Part shown: one piece after another, positions 8,673 to 17,977 of the stretch | Position numbering within the stretch: position 1 is the stretch's first letter | Layout of the letters: every line of letters starts with the position of its first letter | DNA from: Armatimonadota bacterium | GTDB taxonomy: Bacteria; Sysuimicrobiota; Sysuimicrobiia; Sysuimicrobiales; Segetimicrobiaceae | Reading direction: 5' to 3' | NCBI GenBank assembly: GCA_047519495.1 | Contig: JAPVSX010000118.1 | Location: 1 to 38,799, forward strand | DNA: 38,799 bases | Made by a program: the position numbers and the translations under genes | Notes under the pieces: model-generated | Seen by the model: only the letters and a program-made list of their open reading frames with translations | The model's database searches: none | Told to the model about the DNA's origin: nothing

Positions 8673-9601
8673 CCGACCCGCCGGCCCGCGAGCGTGGCCG
8701 CCGCGGCGTCGCGGGACGCCGCGTCCTCGACGTGGCAGGTCGCCGCCTCGACCGTCCGCGTGATCATCCCGCTCAGCGTCGTCCCCGGGCCGATCTCAAC
8801 GAACACCCGGACGCCGGCCGCGTGCATCGCCCGCACCGACTGCTCCCACAGCACCGGCGCGGCCATCTGCCGGAGCAGCGCGCCGCGGATCTCGTCCGGC
8901 GTGCGGATGGGCGCGGCGGAGACGTTGGCGAACACGGGAATCCGGGCGGGCGCGATCGGGACGCGCTCGAGCTCGGCGGCCAGGCGCTCCGCGGCGGGGC
9001 GCATCAGGCGTGTGTGGAACGGCGCGCTCACCGCGAGCGGCACGGCGAGCCGTGCCACGCGCGTCCGGGCGGAGGCGACCGCGCCGCGGACCGCGGCGGC
9101 GTCGCCGCCGATCACGACCTGGCCCGGGCTGTTGAAGTTCGACGGCTCCACGACGCCCCCCGTCGCGTGCTCCGCGCACAGCGCCCGGATCTGTTCAGGG
9201 TCGAGCCCCATCACCGCCGCCATCATCGTGTCGCGTCCCGCGCAAGCCTCCTCCATGTACGTGCCCCGAAGACGGACAAGCCTTACCGCATCTTCCAACT
9301 CAAGCGCGCCGGCGCACACAAGCGCGGTGTACTCTCCCAGGCTCAGCCCGGCGGTGCACACCGGCTCGAAGGGCAGCGTCGCGAGACACGCGAGGCTCGT
9401 CACCAAAATGGCGGGTTGCGTATTCGCGGTACGGCGAAGGGCCTCCTCCGGTCCTTCGGCGCACAGGCGCAGCACGTCGAACCCGGCGGCCGCGCGCCCC
9501 CGCTCGAAGACCGCCCGCGCCGCGGGGAACCGCTCGGCGAGCTCGCGGCCCATGCCCACGTACTGGGCGCCCTGCCCGGGAAAGACGGCGGCGACGGTCA
9601 C
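8669..9601 (-). CDS. fabD: Malonyl-CoA:ACP transacylase
   Basis: VFPGQGAQ, TQPAI, GLSLGEY, VSAPFH, EIGPG. Confidence 0.96.
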   Translation of the reverse strand: MTVAAVFPGQGAQYVGMGRELAERFPAARAVFERGRAAAGFDVLRLCAEGPEEALRRTANTQPAILVTSLACLATLPFEPVCTAGLSLGEYTALVCAGALELEDAVRLVRLRGTYMEEACAGRDTMMAAVMGLDPEQIRALCAEHATGGVVEPSNFNSPGQVVIGGDAAAVRGAVASARTRVARLAVPLAVSAPFHTRLMRPAAERLAAELERVPIAPARIPVFANVSAAPIRTPDEIRGALLRQMAAPVLWEQSVRAMHAAGVRVFVEIGPGTTLSGMITRTVEAATCHVEDAASRDAAAATLAGRRVG

Positions 9602-9614
9602 CGCGGCCGGACCC

Positions 9615-10610
9615 TCACGCGGCTCCGCCCCAGCGGATCGCACAGGCCCCCCACGTGTACCCGGCCCCGAACGCGACCATCACCCCGAGGTCGCCGTCGC
9701 GGACGCGGCCCGCCTGGACCGCCTCGTACAGCGCGACCGGCACCGACGCCGCCGACGTGTTGCCGTAGAACCGGACATTGATGTAGAACTTGTCGAGCGC
9801 GATGCGGAGGCGCCGCGCCGCGGATTCAATGATCCGGATGTTGGCCTGGTGCGGGATCACGAAGTCGACGTCGGCCGGCGCAAGCCGCGCCCGTCGCAGG
9901 GCTTCTGTCGCCGCCTCCGGGATCGCCCGGACGGCGAACTTGTACACCTCGGGGCCGACCATCGCGATGTAGTGCTCCTGGCGCTCGACCGTCTCGAACG
10001 ACGCGGGCCGCCGGCTGCCCCCCGCCGTCAGGTAGAGCTGATGGCGGCCCCCGCCGTCGCCGCCCAGGCAGAACGAGAGAAAGCCCTGCCCCGCCCGCGC
10101 CGGCCGCAGGACGGCGGCGCCGGCGCTGTCCCCGAAGAGCACGCACGTCGACCGGTCGCGCCAGTTGGTGATGCGCGAGAGCGTCTCCGCGCCGACGACG
10201 AGCACCGTGCGGGCCTGTCCCGACACGATGGCCCCGTGCGCGACGCTCAGCCCGTACATGAAGCTCGAGCAGGCGGCGGAGACGTCGAGGCACCCCACGG
10301 TCCGAGCGCCGAGCCGATTCTGTAGGAGGCAGGCGACGTTCGGAAACACCATGTCGGGGGTCGTCGTCCCCACGACGATGAGGTCGAGGTCCCCCGACGT
10401 GACCCCGGCGGCCTGGAGCGCCTCCCGTGCGGCGCCGTAGGCGAGGTCGGAGCTCGCTTCGTCGGGCGCCGCGATCCGCCGCTCCTGGATCCCGGTGTGG
10501 GACTCGATCCATTCCTCAGTCGTGTCCACGGCCTTCGCCAGCTCGGCGTTCGACAGCACGCGCTCAGGCACATACCGGCCCAGACCGACGATCGTGGATC
10601 CGGTCAGCAC
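9615..10610 (-). CDS. fabH: 3-oxoacyl-ACP synthase III
   Basis: TGIQERR, AACSSF, LFGD, PHQANIRII, GNTSAAS, FGAGYTWG. GGAGG upstream of GTG 10610. Confidence 0.96.
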   Translation of the reverse strand: MLTGSTIVGLGRYVPERVLSNAELAKAVDTTEEWIESHTGIQERRIAAPDEASSDLAYGAAREALQAAGVTSGDLDLIVVGTTTPDMVFPNVACLLQNRLGARTVGCLDVSAACSSFMYGLSVAHGAIVSGQARTVLVVGAETLSRITNWRDRSTCVLFGDSAGAAVLRPARAGQGFLSFCLGGDGGGRHQLYLTAGGSRRPASFETVERQEHYIAMVGPEVYKFAVRAIPEAATEALRRARLAPADVDFVIPHQANIRIIESAARRLRIALDKFYINVRFYGNTSAASVPVALYEAVQAGRVRDGDLGVMVAFGAGYTWGACAIRWGGAA

Positions 10611-10629
10611 GCGGGGGCCTCCTTCAGGA

Positions 10630-11655
10630 CTAATCAGCGGGCGATCCCTGGGAGAGGGCAAACTCTGTGAGACGGCCGATGTCGGCGCGGATCGCGCCGA
10701 CCATGCGGGAGCGGACCGACTCCGCCGCGAGCGCCACCGCGTTCCGGACGGTCTTGGCCTTCGAGCTCCCATGACTGATGATGCAGATCCCGTTGACGCC
10801 CAGGAGCGGCGCCCCGCCGTACTCTGTGTGATCCATCCGCCGCGCCAGCGCCCGGAGCCGCGGCCGGGCGAGCGCGACACCCAACCGGACGAGCAGGCCG
10901 CGGCTCAACTCCTCGCGCAGCAGGGTGAAGATGGCGAGCGCCAGCCCTTCGCCGAACTTCAGCACCACATTGCCGGCGAAACCGTCGCAGACCACCACGT
11001 CGGTCGCGCCGCTGAAGAACTCGCGCCCCTCCACGTTGCCGGTAAAGTTGAGGCCGGACTGCCGCAGCAGCTCGGCCGCCCGGATTGTGACCTCGTTGCC
11101 TTTCGTGTCCTCCTCGCCGTTGCTGAGGAGGCCGACGCGGGGCGCGGGTACCCCCAGCACCCTCGAAGCGTACACGCTGCCCATCACCGCGAACTGGAGC
11201 AGGTGCTTCGGCCGGCAGTCCACGTTGGCGCCGACGTCGAGCAGGATGGCCCGCCCCCGCAGCGTCGGCAGCACCGCCGCGATCGCCGGGCGGTCGATGC
11301 CCTCGATCCGACCGAGCGTCAGGAGCGCCGCCGCCATCGCGGCGCCCGTGTTGCCCGCGCTGACCATCGCGTCGGCATCCCCGCGCCGGACGAGCTCGAC
11401 CGCGACGACCACGGACGCCCGCCGCTTCCGGCGCAGCGCCATCGCGGGGGCCTCGGCCATCTCGATCACCTCGGGGGCGTCCTCCACGCGGACCGGCAGC
11501 CCGCCTGCGCCCAGGGCGCGCAACTCCTCCTGGAGCCGGCCGGTCGGGCCGACGAGGATCACCTCAACGCCGAGCTCCCGCGCGGCCTGAACGCCGCCGG
11601 CGACGATCTCGCGCGGGGCGTGATCGCCGCCCATGGCGTCGATCGCGACCCGCAT
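10630..11655 (-). CDS. plsX: Phosphate acyltransferase PlsX
   Basis: RVAIDAMGGDHAP, SAGNTGA, LDVGANVD, CDGFAGNVVLK, YGGAPLLG, SHGSS. Confidence 0.96.
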   Translation of the reverse strand: MRVAIDAMGGDHAPREIVAGGVQAARELGVEVILVGPTGRLQEELRALGAGGLPVRVEDAPEVIEMAEAPAMALRRKRRASVVVAVELVRRGDADAMVSAGNTGAAMAAALLTLGRIEGIDRPAIAAVLPTLRGRAILLDVGANVDCRPKHLLQFAVMGSVYASRVLGVPAPRVGLLSNGEEDTKGNEVTIRAAELLRQSGLNFTGNVEGREFFSGATDVVVCDGFAGNVVLKFGEGLALAIFTLLREELSRGLLVRLGVALARPRLRALARRMDHTEYGGAPLLGVNGICIISHGSSKAKTVRNAVALAAESVRSRMVGAIRADIGRLTEFALSQGSPAD

Positions 11656-11707
11656 CGGTCCGCGCCCATCTCCCATCGGCGCTGGAACGTCCACGCTGCT
11701 CCGGCCG

Positions 11708-11908
11708 TTACGTGCCGGCCTGCTCCTCCGGGGCCTTCACCTCGACCACCTGCCGGCCTGCGTAGTAGCCGCACGCAGGGCACATCCGGTGTGGAACCAT
11801 GCGGGCGTGGCACTGCGGGCAGTCGACGAGCGTCACCGCGCGGACCTTGAAGTTCGCCCGCCGGGAGGCCGTGCGCGCCTTGCTGAACCGCCGCTTCGTG
11901 AGTCCCAT
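11708..11908 (-). CDS. rpmF: 50S ribosomal protein L32 (four-Cys, Zn-binding type)
   Basis: KRRFSKAR..SRRA, CPQC...PHRMCPACGYYAGR; between yceD and plsX. Confidence 0.95.
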   Translation of the reverse strand: MGLTKRRFSKARTASRRANFKVRAVTLVDCPQCHARMVPHRMCPACGYYAGRQVVEVKAPEEQAGT

Positions 11909-11911
11909 CGT

Positions 11912-12457
11912 TCACTCCCCTTCGTTCTGCCGGCCCCGCCCAGGGGCCGGCCACTGCTTGAGCGGCGCCAGCCGCGGGTCGACCTCCCGCTCCTCGCACC
12001 CGCATGCGCCGCGGTTGAGGTCCGCGCCGCACCGGGGGCACAACCCCCGGCAGTCCTCGCGGCAGCGCGGCGCGATCGGCAGCGCGAGGATCAGATTCTG
12101 GCGCACGGCTTCGGTAACGTCGATCACTTCCCCGGGCTCGACCGGGACGAGAAAGTCCTCGGGTTCCAGTTCCTCCCGAAGCGCTTTGGCCTCGGGCCCC
12201 GGCCGGTAGAACTCCTCGCTCACCGTGACCTCGAGCGGCTGCTCGAACCGCGCAAGACAGGCCCCGCACGCGAGGCCGACGACCGTCCGAACGCGCCCCG
12301 TGAGGCAGATCGTCCGCCCGGTGCCGCTCAGCACCAACTCCCCCTCAACGGGACGCGGGAGCGTGACCTCTTCTGCGGGCGGCTCCAGCCGCTCGGAGAA
12401 CGCGAGCACGCGGACGGCGTGTCGATCGGCCAGCAGCTCACCGACGTTGACGCGCAC
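11912..12457 (-). CDS. yceD: DUF177/YceD family protein
   Basis: CGACL, LALP..PRCREDCRGLCPRCG.DLN..C.C, DPRLAPL; directly upstream of rpmF. Confidence 0.92.
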   Translation of the reverse strand: MRVNVGELLADRHAVRVLAFSERLEPPAEEVTLPRPVEGELVLSGTGRTICLTGRVRTVVGLACGACLARFEQPLEVTVSEEFYRPGPEAKALREELEPEDFLVPVEPGEVIDVTEAVRQNLILALPIAPRCREDCRGLCPRCGADLNRGACGCEEREVDPRLAPLKQWPAPGRGRQNEGE

Positions 12458-12556
12458 ACCGCCACCTCACGACGCGTGCCCGGGCGGGCGTACTGGCTCA
12501 CGCGCGTGTTGGCTCACGCCGTAGGCCCAGGCCCAGGCACCGGGCACATCGCTTCA

Positions 12557-13174
12557 TTATACGGACGCCATTTTTGCGTTGTCAACTCCGGCCGCGGTAC
12601 CGTCCGGCGGCGCGGCGCGCGCCTCATCGGCGCCGCCGGATCCGTCTGCCTGCTCCCTCCCGGGGGTCCCCCCGGCAAGGATCGTTTTACCCCGTTGGAC
12701 GGTCGCCAGGACATGCGCGACCTCCCGCTCGAGGCGGCCCAGCACCTCGAGCGCGTACGCGTCGGCCTCCTTCCGCGTCTCGGCGGCCTCGCGGGCCGCG
12801 TCCTCGCGCAACTGCCGTCCCGCGAGCTCGGCGGCGCGCACGAGCGTGCCGTCCTCGAGCGCGCGCCGCGCGTGCTCCTCGGCCTCCACGACGATCCGGC
12901 GCGCCTCGTCCTGGGCGCGGCGCAGCACCGCCTCGGCCTCGGCCTGGACCCCCTCGGCCTGCTGGATCTCGCGCGAGAGCGCCTCGCGGAGGGTCCGCAG
13001 CAGCCGGCGCGCCTCCGCGTCCCGCACTGCCCGCCGCCCGGGCCGGAAAAACGGCGGGGATGCGGCGAGCAGCGCGTCCAGGCGGTCGAGGCACTCGGTG
13101 ATCGAGCGGGGGTCCGATCCCCCGCGGGGGGCCCCCGGGAGGGGGCGGGCAGGCAGGCGGTCAGGAGCCGTCAT
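12557..13174 (-). CDS. Coiled-coil protein of the coaD-yceD interval (DivIVA/ATP-synthase-b-like)
   Basis: Ala/Glu/Arg heptads (AQDEARRIVVEAEEHARR, EADAYALEVL); conserved position between coaD and yceD. Confidence 0.75.
   Translation of the reverse strand: MTAPDRLPARPLPGAPRGGSDPRSITECLDRLDALLAASPPFFRPGRRAVRDAEARRLLRTLREALSREIQQAEGVQAEAEAVLRRAQDEARRIVVEAEEHARRALEDGTLVRAAELAGRQLREDAAREAAETRKEADAYALEVLGRLEREVAHVLATVQRGKTILAGGTPGREQADGSGGADEARAAPPDGTAAGVDNAKMASV
13123..13150 (+). repeat. Dispersed repeat family A (28 bp, G-tract rich)
   Basis: cgcggggggcccccgggagggggcgggc; exact reverse complement at 14476-14503; degenerate inverted copy at about 12642-12684. Confidence 0.8.
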
Positions 13175-13180
13175 GCGTGT

Positions 13181-13708
13181 TCACCTCGCGCGCTGTGATC
13201 TGGTCTTCCGCACCAGCCCGCGTTCCACGTTGGGCGGCACGAGGCCGGCCACCGAGCCGCCGAACCGGGTGACTTCCCGGATCAGAGTCGAGCTGAGATA
13301 GCCGAACTCCGGGCTCGTCATCATAAAGACGGTCTCGATCTCGGGCCGGAGGCGCTTGTTCATCGCGGCCATCTTCAGCTCGAACTCGAAGTCCATCATC
13401 GCCCGCAGCCCCTTGACGATGACCCGGGCGCCCACGGCGTGGGCGAAGTCCACCGTGAGCCCGTCGAAGTCCCGGACCTCGACGCCCGTGATCCCCGCCG
13501 TCGCGGCCCGGAGCATTTCGACCCGGTCGGCGGCCGAAAACATCGCGCGCTTCTCGACGTTCGTCGCGACGCCGATCACGACCGTGCCGAAGATCTCGCA
13601 CGCCCGCACGACGATGTCCAGATGGCCGTTGTGGACGGGGTCGAAGCTGCCGGGATAGAGCGCCACGTCCCCGGTCCGGGGGCTGGCCCCTCGTCTCCGG
13701 GGTGTCAT
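13181..13708 (-). CDS. coaD: Phosphopantetheine adenylyltransferase
   Basis: YPGSFDPVHNGH, KGLR..DFEFE, LSSTLIREV; ATGA overlap with rsmD. Confidence 0.96.
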   Translation of the reverse strand: MTPRRRGASPRTGDVALYPGSFDPVHNGHLDIVVRACEIFGTVVIGVATNVEKRAMFSAADRVEMLRAATAGITGVEVRDFDGLTVDFAHAVGARVIVKGLRAMMDFEFELKMAAMNKRLRPEIETVFMMTSPEFGYLSSTLIREVTRFGGSVAGLVPPNVERGLVRKTRSQRAR

Positions 13709-14262
13709 GCGTCTTCCCCCCTTTCGTAGAACCACAGCCCGGTCTCTCCGTAGCGGGCCGCCCGGGTGCGCCGCAGGCCGGGCACCTCCCCGGGATCGTC
13801 GCGCCAGTGCCCCTCCGCGACGGCGACCCCCCCGGGCGCCAGGATGTCGGATGCGGCGATGAGCCGCAGCGCCCGCGCCGCGAGGCCCCGCCCATACGGG
13901 GGATCCAGCACGATCAGGTCGAACTGGGCGCCCGCCCGCGCGAGGTCAGCGATCTCCGTGAGAGCGTTGGCCCGCCGGACCGTGCCGCGGTCGCGCAGCC
14001 GCGCGGCCGCGAGGTTGTCCCGGATCGCCGCCGCGCTGTGGGCGTCCTGCTCGACGAACACCGCCTCGGCCGCGCCGCGGCTCAGCGCCTCGATCCCCAG
14101 GCCGCCCGCCCCGGCAAACAGGTCCAGCACCCGCGCCTCTGCCACCCGGGCCGCCAGGGCGTTGAACAGCGCCTCCTTCACCATGTCCGATGTCGGGCGG
14201 ATCCGGCCGCGCGCGGGCGCCCGGAGCCGGGTGCCCTTCGCCACCCCTGCCGTGACGCGCAT
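13705..14262 (-). CDS. rsmD: 16S rRNA m2G966 methyltransferase
   Basis: MRVTAG.AKG, RPTSD.VKEALF, LDLFAG.GGLGIEALSRGA, DPPY. Confidence 0.95.
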   Translation of the reverse strand: MRVTAGVAKGTRLRAPARGRIRPTSDMVKEALFNALAARVAEARVLDLFAGAGGLGIEALSRGAAEAVFVEQDAHSAAAIRDNLAAARLRDRGTVRRANALTEIADLARAGAQFDLIVLDPPYGRGLAARALRLIAASDILAPGGVAVAEGHWRDDPGEVPGLRRTRAARYGETGLWFYERGEDA

Positions 14263-14265
14263 CGG

Positions 14266-16518
14266 CTAGCCGACCTCCACGTTCTCGACGCGGGCGGTGC
14301 CGAACCGCGCCTGGAGCGCCCGGGCCAGACCGCGGTGCTCGGGGCGCCGCAGGTCGCGATCGTCGCGCAGGAGGACCGCCGCGTCTTCCCGGGCCCGCTC
14401 CAGCCACGCCTGGTCACGCACGAGGTCCGCGACGCGCAGGTCGCTCAGGCCGTGCTGGCGGAGGCCGGCCGGCCGGCCCGCCCCCTCCCGGGGGCCCCCC
14501 GCGAGGGGCCCGCGGTCGCCGATGAGCTCCCCGACCCCGCGGAGCTCAAGGTCCCGCTGGGCGATCCGGAACCCGTCGGCCGTCTCGGCCATCACCTCGA
14601 GGCGGGCCTGCGCTTCCTCGGTCTTGGGATCGGCGATCAGCACGCAGTAGGACTGGTGGGCGCCGCGGCCGACGCGGCCGCGGAGCTGGTGGAGCTGGGA
14701 GAGCCCGAACCGGTCGGCGTCCTCGATGATCATCACGCTTGCGTTGGGGACGTCGATCCCGACCTCGATCACGGTCGTGGCGACCAGGACGTCGATCTCG
14801 CCGGCCCGCAGCGCGCGCATCACGACGTCACGCTCGTCCACCTTCATCCGCCCGTGCAGGACGTCCACCCGGAGGCCGCGCAGCGGGCCCTCGCGGAGGC
14901 GGGCGGCGAGGTCGGTCGCCGCCTCGGCCGCGAGCTTGTCCGACTCCTCGATCAGCGGGCACACGACATAGGCCTGCCGGCCCTCCCGCACCTGCGCACG
15001 GACAAAGTCGTACACCTGCGGCCTGCGGGAGCTCGGACGGCGATACGTCTTGATCGGAGACCGGCCGGGGGGCAGCTCGTCGAGCGTCGAGACGTCGAGG
15101 TCGCCGTACAGGGTGAGCGCGAGCGTCCGGGGAATCGGCGTGGCGGTCATCACCAGCACGTCCGGCCGTTCGCCCTTCTCCCGGAGCGCCGCCCGCTGTG
15201 TCACCCCGAAGCGGTGCTGCTCGTCCACGACGGCGAGGCCGAGCCGGTGGAACGCGATGTCCTCTTCGATCAGCGCGTGCGTGCCCACCACGATGTCCGC
15301 CCGGCCGTCCCGGACCCGCTCGAGCGCATCCTGGCGCGCCGCATGCGGCAGGCCGCCGATCAGCAGGACGACCCCGAGGCCGAGGGGCTCGAGCAGCGCG
15401 CGGAGGGTCAGGTAGTGCTGTCCGGCCAGGATCTCGGTCGGCGCCATCAGGGCACCCTGCGCGCCGCCGCCCACGACGCGGAGGAGCGCGGTCGCCGCGA
15501 TAACGGTCTTCCCGGATCCGACGTCGCCCTGGAGCAGGCGGTTCATCGGATGCGGTCTCTCCAGGTCGCGCAGGATCTCGCCGATCACCCGGCGCTGGGC
15601 GCTCGTGAGCGCGTACGGCAGGCCCGCGTGGAATCGGGCGATGAGGTCGCCCGGATCTCCGTACCGGATCGCCCGTGTCTCGGACTCCTGCGCCGCTTTG
15701 CGGCCGAGGAGCAGCAACTGAAACAGCAGGAGTTCCTCGTAGACCAGCCGGCGGCGCGCGGCGGCGTAGGCTTCGAAGCTGTCCGGGAAGTGCGCCTGCC
15801 GGAGCGCCATCGGCAGGACCGGGAGATCGTGCCGGCGGCGGAGCGCCTCCGGCAGCCACTCCGCCTGCGCGGACGCGTGCTCGTCGAGGGCGCGCGCGAC
15901 GATGGTCCGGAGCGCCCGCTGGCTCAACCCCTCCGTGCTGCCGTACACGGGGACGATCCGGCCGACGTGAAGCATCTCCTCGCCATCTTCCAGGGGTTCG
16001 AACTCCGGCGCCACCATCTGGATCTCCCCGGCCTGCCGCTGGACGCGGCCGTGGAGAATGAGCCTGGCGCCCGGGGGAAGTTGTCGGATGAGGTAGGGCT
16101 GGTTGTACCAGACCGCGTGGAGGACGCCGGAGCCGTCGGTGAGGGCCGCTTTGGTGATGATGAACCCGCGCCGCCGGCGCGGCCGGAACTGCTGCACCCG
16201 GCCGACGGTGCCCTGGACGGTTTCGACGGCGCCGTGCGTCAGGTCGTAGATCCGCCGGAGATGGCTGCGATCCTCAAGCCGCCGCGGGAGGCGGTACAGC
16301 AGGTCGGCGACGGTGTAGACGCCGAGGCGCTCGCTGAGGAGCCTGGCGCGGGTCGGGCCGACGCCTTTGGCATACTGGATCGGCTGCGCGCCCTGCGATC
16401 CTGTCGGCTGCGCGCCTTGCGCGGCTTTCGCCTGCGGGCCTTGCACGGTGGCGGGGGGGGATGCGGGCGCCGCCTGGCTCGAGCCGGCCAGGAGCTTCCC
16501 CCTCCGCGAGTTCGCCAT
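14266..16518 (-). CDS. recG: ATP-dependent DNA helicase RecG
   Basis: MNRLLQGDVGSGKT, DEQHRFG, TATPIPRTL, QLRGRVGRG, DLELRG. GGAGG precedes ATG 16518. Confidence 0.97.
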   Translation of the reverse strand: MANSRRGKLLAGSSQAAPASPPATVQGPQAKAAQGAQPTGSQGAQPIQYAKGVGPTRARLLSERLGVYTVADLLYRLPRRLEDRSHLRRIYDLTHGAVETVQGTVGRVQQFRPRRRRGFIITKAALTDGSGVLHAVWYNQPYLIRQLPPGARLILHGRVQRQAGEIQMVAPEFEPLEDGEEMLHVGRIVPVYGSTEGLSQRALRTIVARALDEHASAQAEWLPEALRRRHDLPVLPMALRQAHFPDSFEAYAAARRRLVYEELLLFQLLLLGRKAAQESETRAIRYGDPGDLIARFHAGLPYALTSAQRRVIGEILRDLERPHPMNRLLQGDVGSGKTVIAATALLRVVGGGAQGALMAPTEILAGQHYLTLRALLEPLGLGVVLLIGGLPHAARQDALERVRDGRADIVVGTHALIEEDIAFHRLGLAVVDEQHRFGVTQRAALREKGERPDVLVMTATPIPRTLALTLYGDLDVSTLDELPPGRSPIKTYRRPSSRRPQVYDFVRAQVREGRQAYVVCPLIEESDKLAAEAATDLAARLREGPLRGLRVDVLHGRMKVDERDVVMRALRAGEIDVLVATTVIEVGIDVPNASVMIIEDADRFGLSQLHQLRGRVGRGAHQSYCVLIADPKTEEAQARLEVMAETADGFRIAQRDLELRGVGELIGDRGPLAGGPREGAGRPAGLRQHGLSDLRVADLVRDQAWLERAREDAAVLLRDDRDLRRPEHRGLARALQARFGTARVENVEVG
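16395..16425 (-). repeat. Dispersed repeat family B (about 31 bp)
   Basis: gccgcgcaaggcgcgcagccgacaggatcgc; 28/31 identical to 36591-36621 (+); related copy at 26725-26764 (-). Confidence 0.8.
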
Positions 16519-16726
16519 GCCGCCCGCCTCCTGCGCCTCCAGCCCGCCAAACTGCGGTGGGGCTGCAGTTTGTCGGGGGCCCCGGTTTCCCTCCGACGCG
16601 GTGTGTCGGACAGGACGGGGCCCATCAGCTTCGAATGGTACGTTGACCTGCGCCGTCGCCTCGGGGCGTGCCTGGCCCAAAACAACTGCTGAGCGTTTCC
16701 CCTCAGGCAATTCTACGCGAGGGCCG

Positions 16727-16756
16727 TTGCCCCTGCTGTCGCATCTGTGATACACT
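16727..16756 (+). promoter_or_regulatory. Putative sigma70 promoter for rpmB
   Basis: TTGCCC-N18-TACACT with TG of an extended -10, about 60 bp upstream of the rpmB start. Confidence 0.5.
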
Positions 16757-16815
16757 GTAGCGCGGCCCGGCGACTCCGCGCGGGAACGCCCCACGGCGAA
16801 ACGGAGGACGCATCA

Positions 16816-17007
16816 ATGGCACGACGCTGTGCGGTGTGCGGCAAGGAGCCGCGCACCGGCAACACGGTCAGTCATTCGCACCACAAGACGAAGCGGAGGT
16901 TCAACCCGAACCTTCAGCGGGTGCGCGCGCTGATCGCCGGCACCCGTCGGCGCGTCATGGTCTGCACCGCGTGTCTGAAGGCCGGCAAAGTGACACGGGT
17001 CGCGTGA
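16816..17007 (+). CDS. rpmB: 50S ribosomal protein L28 (four-Cys type)
   Basis: [29 protein letters not shown]...[10 protein letters not shown]; GGAGG RBS. Confidence 0.97.
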   Translation: MARRCAVCGKEPRTGNTVSHSHHKTKRRFNPNLQRVRALIAGTRRRVMVCTACLKAGKVTRVA

Positions 17008-17034
17008 ACCGGTCCGGACCGCACACTCTTTCCC

Positions 17035-17937
17035 TTACATGACGGCCGGATGCTGCCCGGTCCGGAGGCCCGCGATCAGCGCCTCGACCTCCGGGCGGCC
17101 CAGCACATAGCGGTCCCCGCAGAACCGGCAGGTCACCTCGGCCTGCCCCTCTTGCGCCAGCAGCGCTTCGAGTTCCTCCGCGCCGAGTCCACACAGCATC
17201 TCCTCCACACGCCGGCGGCTGCAGCGGCACCGGAAGGCGACCGGGCTCATCGCTCCGAAGGACGGGTTCATCCCGCCAAGGGCCGTGGTGAGAATCTCCT
17301 CCGGCGTACACCCGTCGGCGACGAGCTGGGTGATCGGCGGGAGCCGGCGCGCCCGCGCCTCCAGGTCCGCGACGACCTCCTGGGCCGCCCCCGGCAGCGC
17401 CTGTACGAACAGGCCCCCGGACGCTAGGACGTGGAGATCGCGATCCACGAGTACGCCGAGCGAGACCACGGACGGCACCTGCTCCGACGACGCGAGGTAC
17501 GCGGCCAAATCCTCGGCGATCTCCCCCGACACGAGCGGCGCGCTGCCGTGATAGGGGGTCCGCATCCCCAGGTCCCGGGTCACGTGGAGCGTGCCCTGCC
17601 GCCCGACGAGCCCGCCCACGTCCAGCTTTCGCCGCTCGGTCTCGGGCAGGTCGGCATGCGGATTCATCGCGTAGCCGCGCACGTGGCCCTCGGCGTCTGC
17701 CTGGGTGATGATCGCCCCGATCGGGCCGTCCCCAAGCACCCGGAGCATGACCGACTGCCCGGCCTTCAGGCCCGCGCCGAGCAGGGCCGCCGCCGTCAGG
17801 CTGCGCCCGAGGGCGGCCGTGGCGGTGGCGGACGTCGTGTGCCGGATCCGCGCGTCCTCGACCATCTGGGTGGTAACCGTCGCCACGGCCCGGATCTTCT
17901 CGCCCGCGGCGGTACCTCGAATCATGTAGTCGCGCAT
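17035..17937 (-). CDS. hslO: Hsp33 redox-regulated chaperone
   Basis: TAALGR.LTA, GDGPIG, LVSGEIAEDL..YL..SEQVPS, CRCS...CRFC zinc switch. Confidence 0.95.
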   Translation of the reverse strand: MRDYMIRGTAAGEKIRAVATVTTQMVEDARIRHTTSATATAALGRSLTAAALLGAGLKAGQSVMLRVLGDGPIGAIITQADAEGHVRGYAMNPHADLPETERRKLDVGGLVGRQGTLHVTRDLGMRTPYHGSAPLVSGEIAEDLAAYLASSEQVPSVVSLGVLVDRDLHVLASGGLFVQALPGAAQEVVADLEARARRLPPITQLVADGCTPEEILTTALGGMNPSFGAMSPVAFRCRCSRRRVEEMLCGLGAEELEALLAQEGQAEVTCRFCGDRYVLGRPEVEALIAGLRTGQHPAVM

Positions 17938-17977
17938 TGCGAAAACCCTCCTGAATTGATCGTGATCTCGGCCACGG

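Noticed and set aside
9325-9350. FabD GLSLG instead of GHSLG as an inactive enzyme
   Set aside because: Catalytic Ser is retained and GLSLG is a common FabD variant.
6591-10325. 1244-aa plus-strand ORF (also 13702-16692, 28694-30952, 6143-7732 and many others)
   Set aside because: Antisense shadows of well-supported minus-strand genes; stop-poor frames are expected at this GC content, and the translations are Arg/Pro/Ala-rich with no motifs.
16519-16794. Longer recG start
   Set aside because: Runs into the rpmB promoter region; ATG 16518 has a good GGAGG.
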